DNA of 64,000 bases from assembly GCA_965237525.1 (NCBI GenBank), contig CBDEFO010000004.1, positions 128,001 through 192,000 on the forward strand, read 5' to 3'. Origin of the DNA: Candidatus Latescibacterota bacterium (GTDB lineage: Bacteria; Latescibacterota; CBDEFO01). Made by a program: the position numbers and the translations under genes. The first letter of the stretch is position 1, and the number at the start of each line of letters is the position of its first letter. Positions 52,020 through 62,990 of the stretch are shown here, piece by piece. The notes under the pieces were generated by a model, which made no database searches, was not told where the DNA came from, and saw nothing but the letters and a program-made list of their open reading frames with translations.

Positions 52020-53280
52020 ATGAGTGATCCTCGGAAGGGTTGGATTCCCGGAGTTCTATCCAAGTCACAGATGAGAAGAACTGTGTGACATGTGGTTTTA
52101 TTAGGGGTGTTCAAGATCTTGGTGAGTCAATTGACTATTCATCGATTGACTCTGCATCTGACAGACGAAGGTTATCAGATGGTTGCAGTGGATCTGTAAA
52201 ACCATGGGGAGATAGATATGAGCATTCTTCATTAAGAAACAGGGACTTCGCCAAGCCTTTGGAGGCAAGACAAAGAAGATGGCACATTTATCACTTAAAT
52301 GCAAGAGAATACCTATGTATTCAAATTACATGAGAATATATCTTCTTTGAAAAAGGCCAAAATATATGGCCAAGCTACTGCAAAAAGCTCAGTCGGACGC
52401 GTGGATGTACTTGCTCGGCTCATCGTAGACGGAATGGATTGCTATGAGACGTTTCGATCCGGATCTGGTTTGAAAGAAGATAGGCTCCGGGGAAATGTAT
52501 CTCGAAATAACACCTATCACTTTCAATGTAAGAGTCAAAGAGGGGATATCGACTCTCACAGCTGAGGCTGTTTTATGGTAAGACCTCAGATACGCTGAAG
52601 TAGCATGGAGATGAATTATATGAATCCTTGTTGTCGCAATAGACGAGGAAAGAGACGGTTCCCTTTCTGTAAATCTTTCAGAAGTGGATAATTTCAGGGG
52701 AAAAAGTCTCGGCGTTTTATGCGAAGCAAATGCGAAGAGGGAGAGGAACTTATAGGAGAAAGACGAGGACGGGTTTATAGATCTATGGGAGCATGAAGAA
52801 GCTGAAGAGAAGCCTGTCTCCGTGTAAATATTGGAGATTCCTACGGAAAGACGAACACAATAGATTAAAAATTGGGAAAGGTAATTTTTACATTATGAGA
52901 TCCAAGGAAAGGATCTCTCTGCCGGGAGGAATTGCAGTATATTGCCGTGCAATGGATGAAACAATCGGGGAAATGCGAATTCATTATGCGGGTTTCGTTC
53001 ACCCTTTCTTTGGGAAAAACCGAAAGGACAAGGAGGACGGAACCCCACTAATATTTGAAGTCCGAGGACACGATGTTGATGTCAGCCTGAGACACGAAGA
53101 AAAAATGGCAAATCTTACTTTCTACCGTATGTCTCAAGACTGTAAAGAACCCCAGGATCGTAAACCTACCTCATATACTGGACAAGAGCTGAAATTATCC
53201 AAGATATTCCAAGGACTGGCCGTCTAAAGTGAAGGTGGAATAATGATGGTAGTGTGCAAGAGGTCATCGATGGAGGCTAA
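52020..53280 (+). pseudogene. dCTP deaminase (DCD / PF06559-type), multiply frameshifted
   Basis: KSSVGRVDV.ARL, EITPITF, FYIMRSKE, GEMRIHYAGF.HPFFG, FEVRGHDV and Y.GQELKLSK motifs across frames. Confidence 0.75.
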
Positions 53281-53282
53281 AA

Positions 53283-54336
53283 ATGGAAGACTTGTTCTCA
53301 TCAATTAAGAAAGGACTTCAAAATCGTTCGTTTGAACGAAGGGGATACCAAGAACTTAAGCGACCATTTATCTTACTTCAAAGACTTAGTGTCGGAAAAT
53401 GAAGAGATGTATCCTAACATTGAGAAGTGGGTTGATGATAAGGTTATTCCTGGGCTGAAGTCGTCTGAAAGGGCAGCTTTTGTAGGGTATTTGGATGAAG
53501 CACCCTGTCGATATCTGCCGTCGTGAAGCGGGGTAAGGATTCGAAATTCTGTCACCTTCGAATCCGTGATGATCTACAAGACATGCATCTGGGCGAAATA
53601 TTCTTTTCGTTAATGGCATTAGAAGTCCGCCACAAAGCCGAAGAAATCCATTTCACTCTTCCTGAAAGCCTGTGGGAAACAAAGCGTGAGTTCTTCCATT
53701 CATTTGGATTCAACGAGGCAACTGAGGCTGAGACCCAATATAGGCTATTCGATACTGAGTTAAGATGCTCATCCTCTTTCTCGGCAGTCTGGAGAGCTGT
53801 TTTGGATAGACTGCCTAAGATTGCGGACATCTTCTCAGTCGCTGGGTATTCTATGCACAATGGGTTATTAATGAGTATTCAACCAGAATATGCGGATAGG
53901 CTTTTAAGTGGAGCAAAAAAGAGCTGAGATACGCAGAAAATTTTCAACGAAGTGGGCTGGACAGAAAGTTAGCCTCTACGCCTCTTCTCCCTCGAATGCC
54001 CTGGTTGGTGAAGCGATGATAGATAGAGTAGTTGTAGGTGAGCCTGAGCGCATTTGGGCAGAGTTCAATTCTGAAACAGACTGTACGAAGGAGGAATTCG
54101 ATAAGTACACAGAGTCAGCCAAAGAGATTTACGCGATTGTATTTCATGAAGTGCTGCCCTACAAAGAGAAGATCTTTCTTACCCAAGTGTCCCATCTTCT
54201 AAACAAGGATTTAACACCTCCCCAATCTTATTGTACCCTTGAAAATAACAAACCATGGGTTGAGGCAGTATCTATTGCTGCACTCTTACATGGCAGCTTT
54301 AGAATTACAGAACCTCTGAATCTTCAATACAATTGA
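53283..54336 (+). pseudogene. GNAT-ASCH fusion protein, three frameshifts
   Basis: GNAT part: YPNIEKW..KV, KFCHLRI..LG, HFTLPE..FF.SFGF. ASCH part: LMSIQPEYA..L.G.K..EIR, LYASSP...VGE, PPQSY. Confidence 0.72.
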
Positions 54337-54341
54337 CATAT

Positions 54342-54374
54342 CCTTTAAACACCTTGTAGGTGATTATTTAAAGG
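54342..54374 (+). terminator. Hairpin at the end of the inserted cassette
   Basis: CCTTTAAA-CACCT-TGT-AGGTG-ATTA-TTTAAAGG. Confidence 0.4.
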
Positions 54375-54400
54375 TCACTAAAACGATTACTTGAAAGGCT

Positions 54401-55404
54401 ATGAGATCGTTCATCCTGAAGCGCTTGGCTCTGTTGATCCCGACGCTGTTGGGTATATCTGTTATGGTTTTTTAATGATCCACCTCGTGCCGGGCGATCC
54501 CGCTCAAGTGATGCTGGGAGAACGGGCGAGCGCGGAAAGCCTGGCGGAGCTCAGAGCTGAGTTAGGTCTGGATAAGCCGTTTTACGTCCAGTTCGGAAGA
54601 TTCTTCTTCGGACTAATACAAGGAGATTTGGGAAGGTCTATAAAGACGCACGAGCGCGTGATCGTGGAACTTAAAAACAGATTCCCTGCGACGGTGGAGC
54701 TGGCAGTTGCAAGCATGATCTTATCCTCCATAGTCGGAATCTCAGCTGGAGTGCTGTCGGCCGTAAGGCGCGGCACCATCTTAGATTACACTGGGATGAT
54801 GGCCGCTTTGATAGGCATATCTATGCCTATATTCTGGCTGGGGCTGATATTCATACTCATCTTCTCGGTGAGTCTGGGGCTTTTCCCTATATCGGGAAGG
54901 TTAAGTTCAGATGTAGAGCTGGAGGTTGTGACCCGATTTTACGTGATAGATAGTCTGCTCGGCGCAAATATAAGAGCTTTCAAAGATGCCCTGTGGCACC
55001 TATTTCTGCCCGCGGTCGCCCTGGGGACGATTCCGATGGCGGTGATCGCAAGGATGACCCGATCAAGCATGATAGAGGTGATGGGCGAGGACTATATAAG
55101 GACAGCCTGGGCGAAGGGGCTGTCTGAGAGGATCGTGGTCCTGAAGCACGCTATGAAGAACAGCTTCACACCGACGCTGACCGTGATGGGCATCGAATTC
55201 GGATATTTGTTGGGCGGAGCGATAATAACTGAGACGATCTTTTCGTGGCCGGGTGTCGGCAGATGGTTGCTCTTTGCCGTTCAGGCGAGGGATTTCAGGG
55301 CCGTTCAGGGAGGAGTCCTTTTGATAGCGATCACATTCGTCTTGATCAACCTTATCGTGGATCTCCTCTATGCGTGGCTCGACCCGAGGATAAAGTACGC
55401 CTGA
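54401..55404 (+). CDS. dppB: Dipeptide ABC permease (T6 homopolymer frameshift near 54470, likely error)
   Basis: MRSFILKRLALLIPTLLG..., PGDPA, GDLGRS and DYIRTAWAKG motifs. Confidence 0.88.
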
Positions 55405-55408
55405 CGAT

Positions 55409-56272
55409 ATGTCGAATGAGCGTCTTCAAGGAAGGAGTCTGCTCTATGAAGGATGGAGGAGACTCAAGAGGAACAAGCTGGCGATGATCGGAGGAAGCAT
55501 CCTTGTCTCCTTCCTTCTAATAGCCATCTTAGCGCCGGCGATAGCTCCTCAGGACCCTATTCAACAGCGTCTTTACAGCAGATTGACTCCTCTGTCTACG
55601 GAATCTCTCTTCGGGACCGACGATTTTGGGAGGGACATCCTAAGTCGGGTTATCTACGGAGCGAGGATCTCACTTAGGATAGGCTTGGTCTCGGTCGCCA
55701 TCGCGCTGATCGTAGGTACTGCCATGGGCTTGGCCGCTGGATATTGGGGCGGGTTCGTGGACAATCTGATCATGAGGTTTGTGGATGTGATGCTCGCCTT
55801 TCCGAGCATCCTTCTGGCTATAGTGATCGTGGCGATCATAGGTCCGAGCCTAAACAACGCTATGATAGCCGTGGGCATCGTCGTGATTCCCCAGTATGCA
55901 AGGCTGATCAGGGCTTCGGTGCTGACGATAAGAGAGCAGGAATACGTTCAGGCGGCGCGGGCTTTAGGGGCGAAGGACAGCAGGATCATATTAAGGAGCA
56001 TACTTCCAAACTGTGTGGCGCCTCTGATAGTTCAATCTACTATCGGTATGGCGACGGCCATACTCGACGCCGCCGGATTGAGCTTTCTGGGCTTGGGCGC
56101 ACAACCGCCGACGCCCGAATGGGGAGCTATGTTGAGCGGAGGACGAGAGTTGATACTCAAAGCCCCGTGGGTATTGATGTTCCCCGGCCTTGCGATATTA
56201 CTCTGCGTACTGGGATTTAATCTCTTAGGAGATGGATTGAGAGATGCGTTAGATCCCAGGATGAAGGTTTAG
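55409..56272 (+). CDS. dppC: Dipeptide ABC permease
   Basis: GTDDFGRDI, EYVQAARALG and GDGLRDALDPR motifs. Confidence 0.93.
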   Translation: MSNERLQGRSLLYEGWRRLKRNKLAMIGGSILVSFLLIAILAPAIAPQDPIQQRLYSRLTPLSTESLFGTDDFGRDILSRVIYGARISLRIGLVSVAIALIVGTAMGLAAGYWGGFVDNLIMRFVDVMLAFPSILLAIVIVAIIGPSLNNAMIAVGIVVIPQYARLIRASVLTIREQEYVQAARALGAKDSRIILRSILPNCVAPLIVQSTIGMATAILDAAGLSFLGLGAQPPTPEWGAMLSGGRELILKAPWVLMFPGLAILLCVLGFNLLGDGLRDALDPRMKV

Positions 56273-56414
56273 TAGGTCTAGATAAGCTTTGGGTTATGTA
56301 TTCCATAGCTGAGAGCGAACATTTTCCTTAGCCTGCGTTTTCACTTGCAGCAGATGCTCTCCTAGCAGTTTCTGAAAGGAAATATACACAAACCTCTTGG
56401 GGAGGAATGTTAGT

Positions 56415-59400
56415 ATGGATGCCAAATTTTCTAAAGGCGATAAAGTTATAATTAGAGCACTGGGCAACAGGAAGGGTATAATTGATGCTGAACACGACGT
56501 AAAAAAAGGCAGATTATTGTACCCTGTTTCTATTGATCCAAACCAAGAAAGTAGTCCCTATTACCCAGAAGATTCACTGGAAAAATTTGTTCCACTAAAA
56601 TCAGTAGAACAACTATTAAAAGGAAAAGAATTTTCTGATATTGAGGATTTTATTCAGACACTGATTTATAGAAAACTGGAGAGACCTCTAGCCGACAATC
56701 TATATACGTTTTATGCCTCACGAACACAATTTCTGGTTCACCAATTTAAGCCCGTCCTTAAATTTCTCAATACGCCCAAACAAAGGCTTTTGTTGGCGGA
56801 TGAAGTTGGATTAGGCAAAACCATTGAGACAGGTATTATTCTCACAGAAATGTCTGCACGATTAGGGCAATTGTCCAGAGTTTTGATTGTATGTCCTTCC
56901 ATGTTAACCCAGAAATGGGAACAGGAGATGCACAAACGATTTAGCTTAGATTTTAGTATTTTGGACAGAGATGACTTTAGAAAATTCTTGGAGAAATATA
57001 CCAGATATGGAGAGGGAGAGAAACTAAAGGGCATAATTCCTCTCCAAATTGTTAGGTCAAAGGAAATGATCAAAAGCTTAAGAGAGATAGAACCACACTT
57101 TGATATTGTTGTGGTTGACGAAGCACATCACATGAGAAATCCTGAAACCCTAAGCAGTAAACTTGGTGAGGTTTTATCAGAATTATCAGATGCAATGCTT
57201 TTCCTCTCTGCTACACCTTTGCAATTGGGAACACCTGACCTCTTTAATCTTCTTGGTCTTCTCATCCCAGAAGAGTTTTCAGATTTTCCTTTGTTTCATA
57301 ACCTCATTGAACCTAATGAATATATTAACAATGCCCTGCGGAGATTACATGATCCATCTGCTGCACTTGAATTACTTAAGAAAGTCGAAGAAACATCTCA
57401 AAAAGAAAGGTTCATCAAAAATTCTTTCTATCGTGAAGCAATGGATCTGCTTAGCAATAATAGCAAACTAACCCGTGAACAAGCGATTCGTCTGCAGAGA
57501 CTTTTGATAGAGTTGAATTGCTTATCCTATGTATTTACCAGAACGAAAAAGAGAGATGTTCAAGTTGAATTTCCTATTAGGGAAGCAAGAGTCATTCGGG
57601 TTGAATTTACGCCAGAAGAGATGAAGTTTTACGATGCAGTCACGGATTTTGTCTCGGAACGCTTTACAGCAAGAGATGGTCTTCACAAGGAATTTCTTTT
57701 GCAGTCATAATGCCTCAAAGACAGGTGGCAAGCTGTATTCAAGCTATGAAAGAAAGTCTTGATGATATAGTCAAGAAAAGAGTTATCAGAGCCCCATCTG
57801 TAGATAATGGAGATATGATCGACTCTTCCCTTGATATTGATTCATCTTGGGAATTAGAAGACGGAGAAGTCTTTTCTATTTCGAAGCTTAAAGAAACTGC
57901 CAATAGAATAGGCAATATTGACACAAAATTTGATAGGTTTTTGGAAGTATTACGTAACCTCGAAGAAGAAGACCCCAGTGCAAAGATAATCGTGTTTGCG
58001 TTTTTTAAAAAGACTCTGGAATATCTAAGAAGAAGATTAGAAGGTACAGAGTATAGTCAAAAGGTAGGCCTAATTCATGGGGATATTGCTACAAAGCATA
58101 GACAGAAGATTATTAAGAAGTTTCGCCAAACAGATGAAATAAAAATTCTACTTTCTTCTGAAGTCAGTGGTGAGGGGTTAGACTTTGAATTCTGTACTGT
58201 AGTTTTTAACTATGATTTACCATGGAACCCAATGAAAGTGGAGCAGCGAATCGGTCGGCTAGATCGTTATGGTCAACGCCATGAAAAAATTCTTATTTAC
58301 AACTTCTCAATGGTGGGAACTGTAGATGATGAAATTTTGAACCGTCTGTACCGAAGAATAAATATTTTTGAGAGGTATATTGGAGACTTAGATGCCATCT
58401 TAGGAGACCACATAACAAAGTTAACAAGGGAGATATTTAATACAAAGCTAACTGCTGCGCAGAAGATCACAAGGATTGAAAAAGTAAGTGAAAATATAAA
58501 AAGAAGGCAGACAGAATTAGAAGAGTTTGAGAGAGAGTGCCAGAAGTTTATCGGTCAAGATGAATATTTCAATCAAGAAACCACAAGAATTAGGGAGACG
58601 AAGCGCTTCATTACTTCAATTGAAGTAAAGTTCTTTCTTGAATTCTTTCTTAAAAGCAATTTCCCAAAAACCACGTTGCTTTGTCCCAAGAGCGGAAGGT
58701 CCGACGTGTTAGTTCTCAAATGTGACGATGATTTTCGCAAATTTGTTAGACAATATTCCCCTAAAACTGATAACATAAGCGAATTAGAGAGAAAATTAGA
58801 ATTTGACGGTGGTATCTTGGTAACTTTCAAGGACGAAGAAGCCTGTAGAGACGAATCTTTGGAATTCATTACAATTCATCATCCAATAGTCAAAGCAATA
58901 AAACAGTACTATGTTGAGAATAATCAAAAGATCCATACCACAGCACAATTCCGCTTAACAGGAAAAACTGAATACCAAGGTAAATACATTTTTCTCATAT
59001 ATTTGTTAGAAAAGAGTGCGTTAAAGACCGATCTTATTTTGGTACCAATTCTTGTCAACTTGGAAAATAGTAAAGTCAACGTAGTAATGCATGAACTTTG
59101 CGATTGGTTCTTGGGTGAAATTGTGGAAGCAAAATCCCCAGGCGATGAAACTCTGGCAACGTACGAAGTCCAGAACTTTGAAACAGCATTTAAAGAGGCA
59201 GGATAATATATTGAGATGGCTCGCGATGATGAGCAGCAGAAGCTAAGGAGAAGTAACGACACATTAGTAAATAACCAAATTGAAAGTGTTAAACAGGCAA
59301 CTGAAATTAAAATAAAGAAAAGCGAAGACACTATCAGGAAACTTAAACAGGGAGGCAGTACCGAAGAAGATCCTATAGTTAGGCTTCACAGAGGAATAAT

Positions 59401-59515
59401 CCGGAACGTTCGAGATCATATGGACCAGAAAATAAGAGAATTAGAGCAAAAAAGAACTGTTTTGGTGACGTTTAATCTTATTGCGGGTGGAGTAGTGGAA
59501 ATTGAAGAATCATAA
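56415..59515 (+). pseudogene. SNF2-family helicase (RapA/HepA-like), frameshift near 57685 and TAA at 59204-59206
   Basis: LADEVGLGKT, DEAH, SATP, EGLD, YDLPWNP and EQRIGRLDR motifs; AT-rich. Confidence 0.85.
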
Positions 59516-59663
59516 TCCGGGCATAGTCGGAAAAATGGCTAAGCAAAAGGGTCGCCTAAAACATATTAGATGCTCAAAGTCAACAAGGAACTCTTGAGTG
59601 CCGGGCGTGGCAACTTCTGTAATTGGCAGCATTAGACCAAATAAGACGCTGAGACAACAGAAT

Positions 59664-59972
59664 GTGTCAGACAGTCCATATTCCAAGTTTGTCAAAGACG
59701 AGTGGATCCTTCGCGACTATCTGGCTGTCGATCGCACGGTCCTCGCCAATGAGAGGACTTTCCTTGCATACATACGAACCGCTCTGACCCTCTTTATAGC
59801 CGGGGTGTCTTTCATCCAGTTCTTCGATTCTGTCGCGATCGAAGTAGTCGGATGGATATTCGTCCCTGTGGGAATAGCGACTTTCATAGTGGGATTTACA
59901 AGATACAATAAGATGAAAGGCCTAGTTCAAGGAATAAAAGAGGATGACACTACTACGCCTAACACACATTAA
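59664..59972 (+). CDS. DUF202 membrane protein
   Basis: RT.LANERTFLAY.RT motif. Confidence 0.85.
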   Translation: MSDSPYSKFVKDEWILRDYLAVDRTVLANERTFLAYIRTALTLFIAGVSFIQFFDSVAIEVVGWIFVPVGIATFIVGFTRYNKMKGLVQGIKEDDTTTPNTH

Positions 59973-59985
59973 AAGTGATACAGTG

Positions 59986-61989
59986 ATGGGAAGTTACGCC
60001 AACAAAATATTAGTCTTATTCCTCCTCATCGCGGGCTGTGCGGCGCCTGGTCACCTGAAAACGAGCTCAAGGCCCGGGGAGGAGACGGAACTTAAAAGCG
60101 AGGCTTTGATTCACTTTGTCACGGCTAAAGCGTTCGAACTCAGAGAGAATTACTACGCCGCTATCGTGGAGTTTATGGAAGCAGCAAGGTTAGATTCGAC
60201 TTCAGCATCTATATATTACGCTATAGCCCGAAACTACATGGCGCTTCGTGAATTTGACCATAGAGCCTTAGAGTTCACTCAAAAAGCGATAAGAAGAGAC
60301 CCCTCCTTTGAAAAGGCGAACAATCTTCTGATCAACCTCTATCGCAAAAAGGGTGACAGTATCGGAATGGAGAGAGGAATCAAGAAGCTTATAGAACTCG
60401 AGCCGAGAGATTATAACAGGTATTTTGATCTCATCAATCTGTATTTCCGCGAGAACAGGTCAGAACAGGCTATAGAGATACTCGACAAGCTGGAGACCAT
60501 AGAGGTTCTCCCAACTAAGATACGTTTTGCGATAGCGAGGAATTACTCGGTCCTTGGAAAGATGCCGAAGGCCAAGAAGAACTACCGCAGGGTCATCGCT
60601 GACGATCCGAATTTCGTGGACGCCTGGCTGAGATTGGGTCTGATTCTGGAATCTGAAGGAGATAAAGAAGGGGCAATGGAGCTTTACGAGGAGGTCCTGA
60701 ACCAAGAGGCACTGAAGGGAAATCCGAGGGACATAGATATATTCGACAGGCTCTCCTCGATATACCTTTCCGATGACGATCTGATAGACAGAGCGATAGA
60801 GAAGACAGGAGAAAATAGGGACTTCCTATATTACTTGGGTTCGACCTTCTTGACGAAAGGGAAATTCAAAGAGGCAGAGGTCGTGTTTAAGGCCCTTGCA
60901 GATGAGGGAAAAGACGATAAGGCTTATAATCTTTTGGGAGCCTCGCTGTCGGCTCGAAAGAAGTACGATGAGGCAGTCTGGGCGTACAAAATGGCGTTAG
61001 AGGTTCAGCCGAATAATAGCGACTACCTGCGCTCTTTAGGGCTTGCGTTAAGCCGCTCCAAGCGTCACGATGAAGCGGTGGAACTATTTCGATCCCGTCT
61101 TGAGGAGGAACCGGACAAGAAGCTCTATCTCTTCGGACTGGGCCAGGCTTTGAGCCTGGCAGATTCCCACAATGAGGCGATTGAAACGCTCCGCTCCCTG
61201 GTGGAGATGGAGCCGGACAACGTTGAGTATGAGTATGGGCTTGGGGACGCTCTGTACAGATCGAGTTCTTACACCGAGGCAGTAGCTGTGTTTCGGGCGC
61301 TCCTTGAGCGAGATCCCAATAATACAGAATTTGCACTTTCACTGGCCTACACGCTAAGCCGCGCAAAACTTCACAAAGAGGCAATTAAACTTTTCAGAGA
61401 CCTCCATATGGGCGACCCTGAAAACGAAAGCTATCTTTTTGGATTAGCTCGGGCTTTGAACCGTTCCGGAGCTTACGATGACGCCATTCAGATTTATGCT
61501 TCTCTTGTGGAAAAAGATCCCCAGAACACAATCTATCTATTCGGGTTAGGAAATGCCCTGGAACGAACCGGGTCCTCCGATGAGGCGGTAAGCACATTTG
61601 AGACTCTGCTCAGGATAGATCCAGACCATGCGTTCGCCCTTAATTACTTAGGTTATATATTCATAGAAAAGGGTATAAAGCTGCACGAATCGGTCGGGAT
61701 GATCAAAAAGGCATTAGTCCAAGAACCCCAAAACGGACCATTTTGGGATAGCTTAGGATGGGCGTATTACCAACTAGGACAGTTAGACAAAGCCGAGGAA
61801 TACCTGGATAAGGCCGTTACGTTTGTGAATGAGAACGATAAGGAAAACGCCGTTATATTCGATCATTTGGGCGATATTTCGTTTGCCCTGGAAAAGTTTC
61901 AAAAGGCCCAGACTCACTGGATCAAGTCCCTTCAGATAGATCCTGAAAACGACAAGGTAAGGGAAAAGCTTGGGAGGCTGTCAAAATAG
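59986..61989 (+). CDS. TPR-repeat lipoprotein
   Basis: IAGC lipobox; many TPRs; ALNYLGY...DSLGWAYY...DHLGD. Confidence 0.88.
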   Translation: MGSYANKILVLFLLIAGCAAPGHLKTSSRPGEETELKSEALIHFVTAKAFELRENYYAAIVEFMEAARLDSTSASIYYAIARNYMALREFDHRALEFTQKAIRRDPSFEKANNLLINLYRKKGDSIGMERGIKKLIELEPRDYNRYFDLINLYFRENRSEQAIEILDKLETIEVLPTKIRFAIARNYSVLGKMPKAKKNYRRVIADDPNFVDAWLRLGLILESEGDKEGAMELYEEVLNQEALKGNPRDIDIFDRLSSIYLSDDDLIDRAIEKTGENRDFLYYLGSTFLTKGKFKEAEVVFKALADEGKDDKAYNLLGASLSARKKYDEAVWAYKMALEVQPNNSDYLRSLGLALSRSKRHDEAVELFRSRLEEEPDKKLYLFGLGQALSLADSHNEAIETLRSLVEMEPDNVEYEYGLGDALYRSSSYTEAVAVFRALLERDPNNTEFALSLAYTLSRAKLHKEAIKLFRDLHMGDPENESYLFGLARALNRSGAYDDAIQIYASLVEKDPQNTIYLFGLGNALERTGSSDEAVSTFETLLRIDPDHAFALNYLGYIFIEKGIKLHESVGMIKKALVQEPQNGPFWDSLGWAYYQLGQLDKAEEYLDKAVTFVNENDKENAVIFDHLGDISFALEKFQKAQTHWIKSLQIDPENDKVREKLGRLSK

Positions 61990-62746
61990 GAGTCTCTTGA
62001 GGCTTTTGGGCTTTGTACTCGTTCTACTATGTGGATGCGCCCAGAGCGGTCTAATGAGAGATTTAACTCTCCAGGATGTAATTGCCGCTCTCCGTAGGAA
62101 CGAGCAAGATTTAAGGGACTTGTATGGGGGAGCAAACGTATTCTTGGATGTGGACGGGGTAAAGAACAGGGTCTGGGCATATGTGGCGTTTAAGAGTCCG
62201 GACTTAATGAAGATACAGGTAAATGGGTCGTTAGGCGTAAACGTCATGACGGCGCTGGCTTTCGGGGATAGTTTGGGGGTCTATCTCCCAAAAATCAAAA
62301 GTGCCGTAAAGGGAAAGATAGATGGCGATATATTCTTGCGGCTTTCAGGCATGGACTTCGGACCGGACGATCTGAGGCTCGCCTTTTTAGGGATAGTAAA
62401 TCTAAAAGAAGAAGATATAGCAAATGTCATCGAGTTCGATTTGCAGGACAATAGATGGCTGATCGTTCTGGACGAGGGCTGTAGAATTCGCCGGGTCTGG
62501 ATAGATAAGAAAGGAAGAGTTCCACTGGAGGAGTCCGTCTATGATCTGAGCGGAAATTTAGTCTTCAGACGGATAATGAAAAATTACAAGAAGACAGGAG
62601 GCGTCCTGCTTCCCAATCAAATCGAGATATTTCACCGCCAGAACACCGCTAGAATCGAGTTTATCCATCGAAAGGTAAACAGAGGCGTGGACGATAAGAG
62701 CTTTCAGATGAAAATTCCACAGGGTGTAAAGGTGGAGAGATTCTGA
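61970..62746 (+). CDS. LolA/LolB-like lipoprotein (DUF4292-like)
   Basis: LCGC lipobox; beta-rich; F.MKIP C-terminus; follows the TPR gene. Confidence 0.6.
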   Translation: MGGCQNRSLLRLLGFVLVLLCGCAQSGLMRDLTLQDVIAALRRNEQDLRDLYGGANVFLDVDGVKNRVWAYVAFKSPDLMKIQVNGSLGVNVMTALAFGDSLGVYLPKIKSAVKGKIDGDIFLRLSGMDFGPDDLRLAFLGIVNLKEEDIANVIEFDLQDNRWLIVLDEGCRIRRVWIDKKGRVPLEESVYDLSGNLVFRRIMKNYKKTGGVLLPNQIEIFHRQNTARIEFIHRKVNRGVDDKSFQMKIPQGVKVERF

Positions 62747-62990
62747 CGACGTTCCCATTGAGGGAAAATGAGCTCGCTTCAGGGATTGATCCCCCACAAT
62801 CACTACAGACCCCAGCCAAGCAACGTCAATGCGACCTCCCCCCGATTGAATCTATCGGGGGTTAAATCGGGCGGGAGCAAAGCAATCTCAATTCTGGGTT
62901 GTCTGATAGAAAATCCCTTCCTTACAGAGGAAGCATTAGCCCAGAGTGGAAGCTCCATATGAAATAAAGATAAAATCTTCGGAGGTGAAA

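Noticed and set aside
3070..62860. 21-bp palindromes as a CRISPR array
   Set aside because: Dispersed at kb distances with no regular spacers and no cas genes
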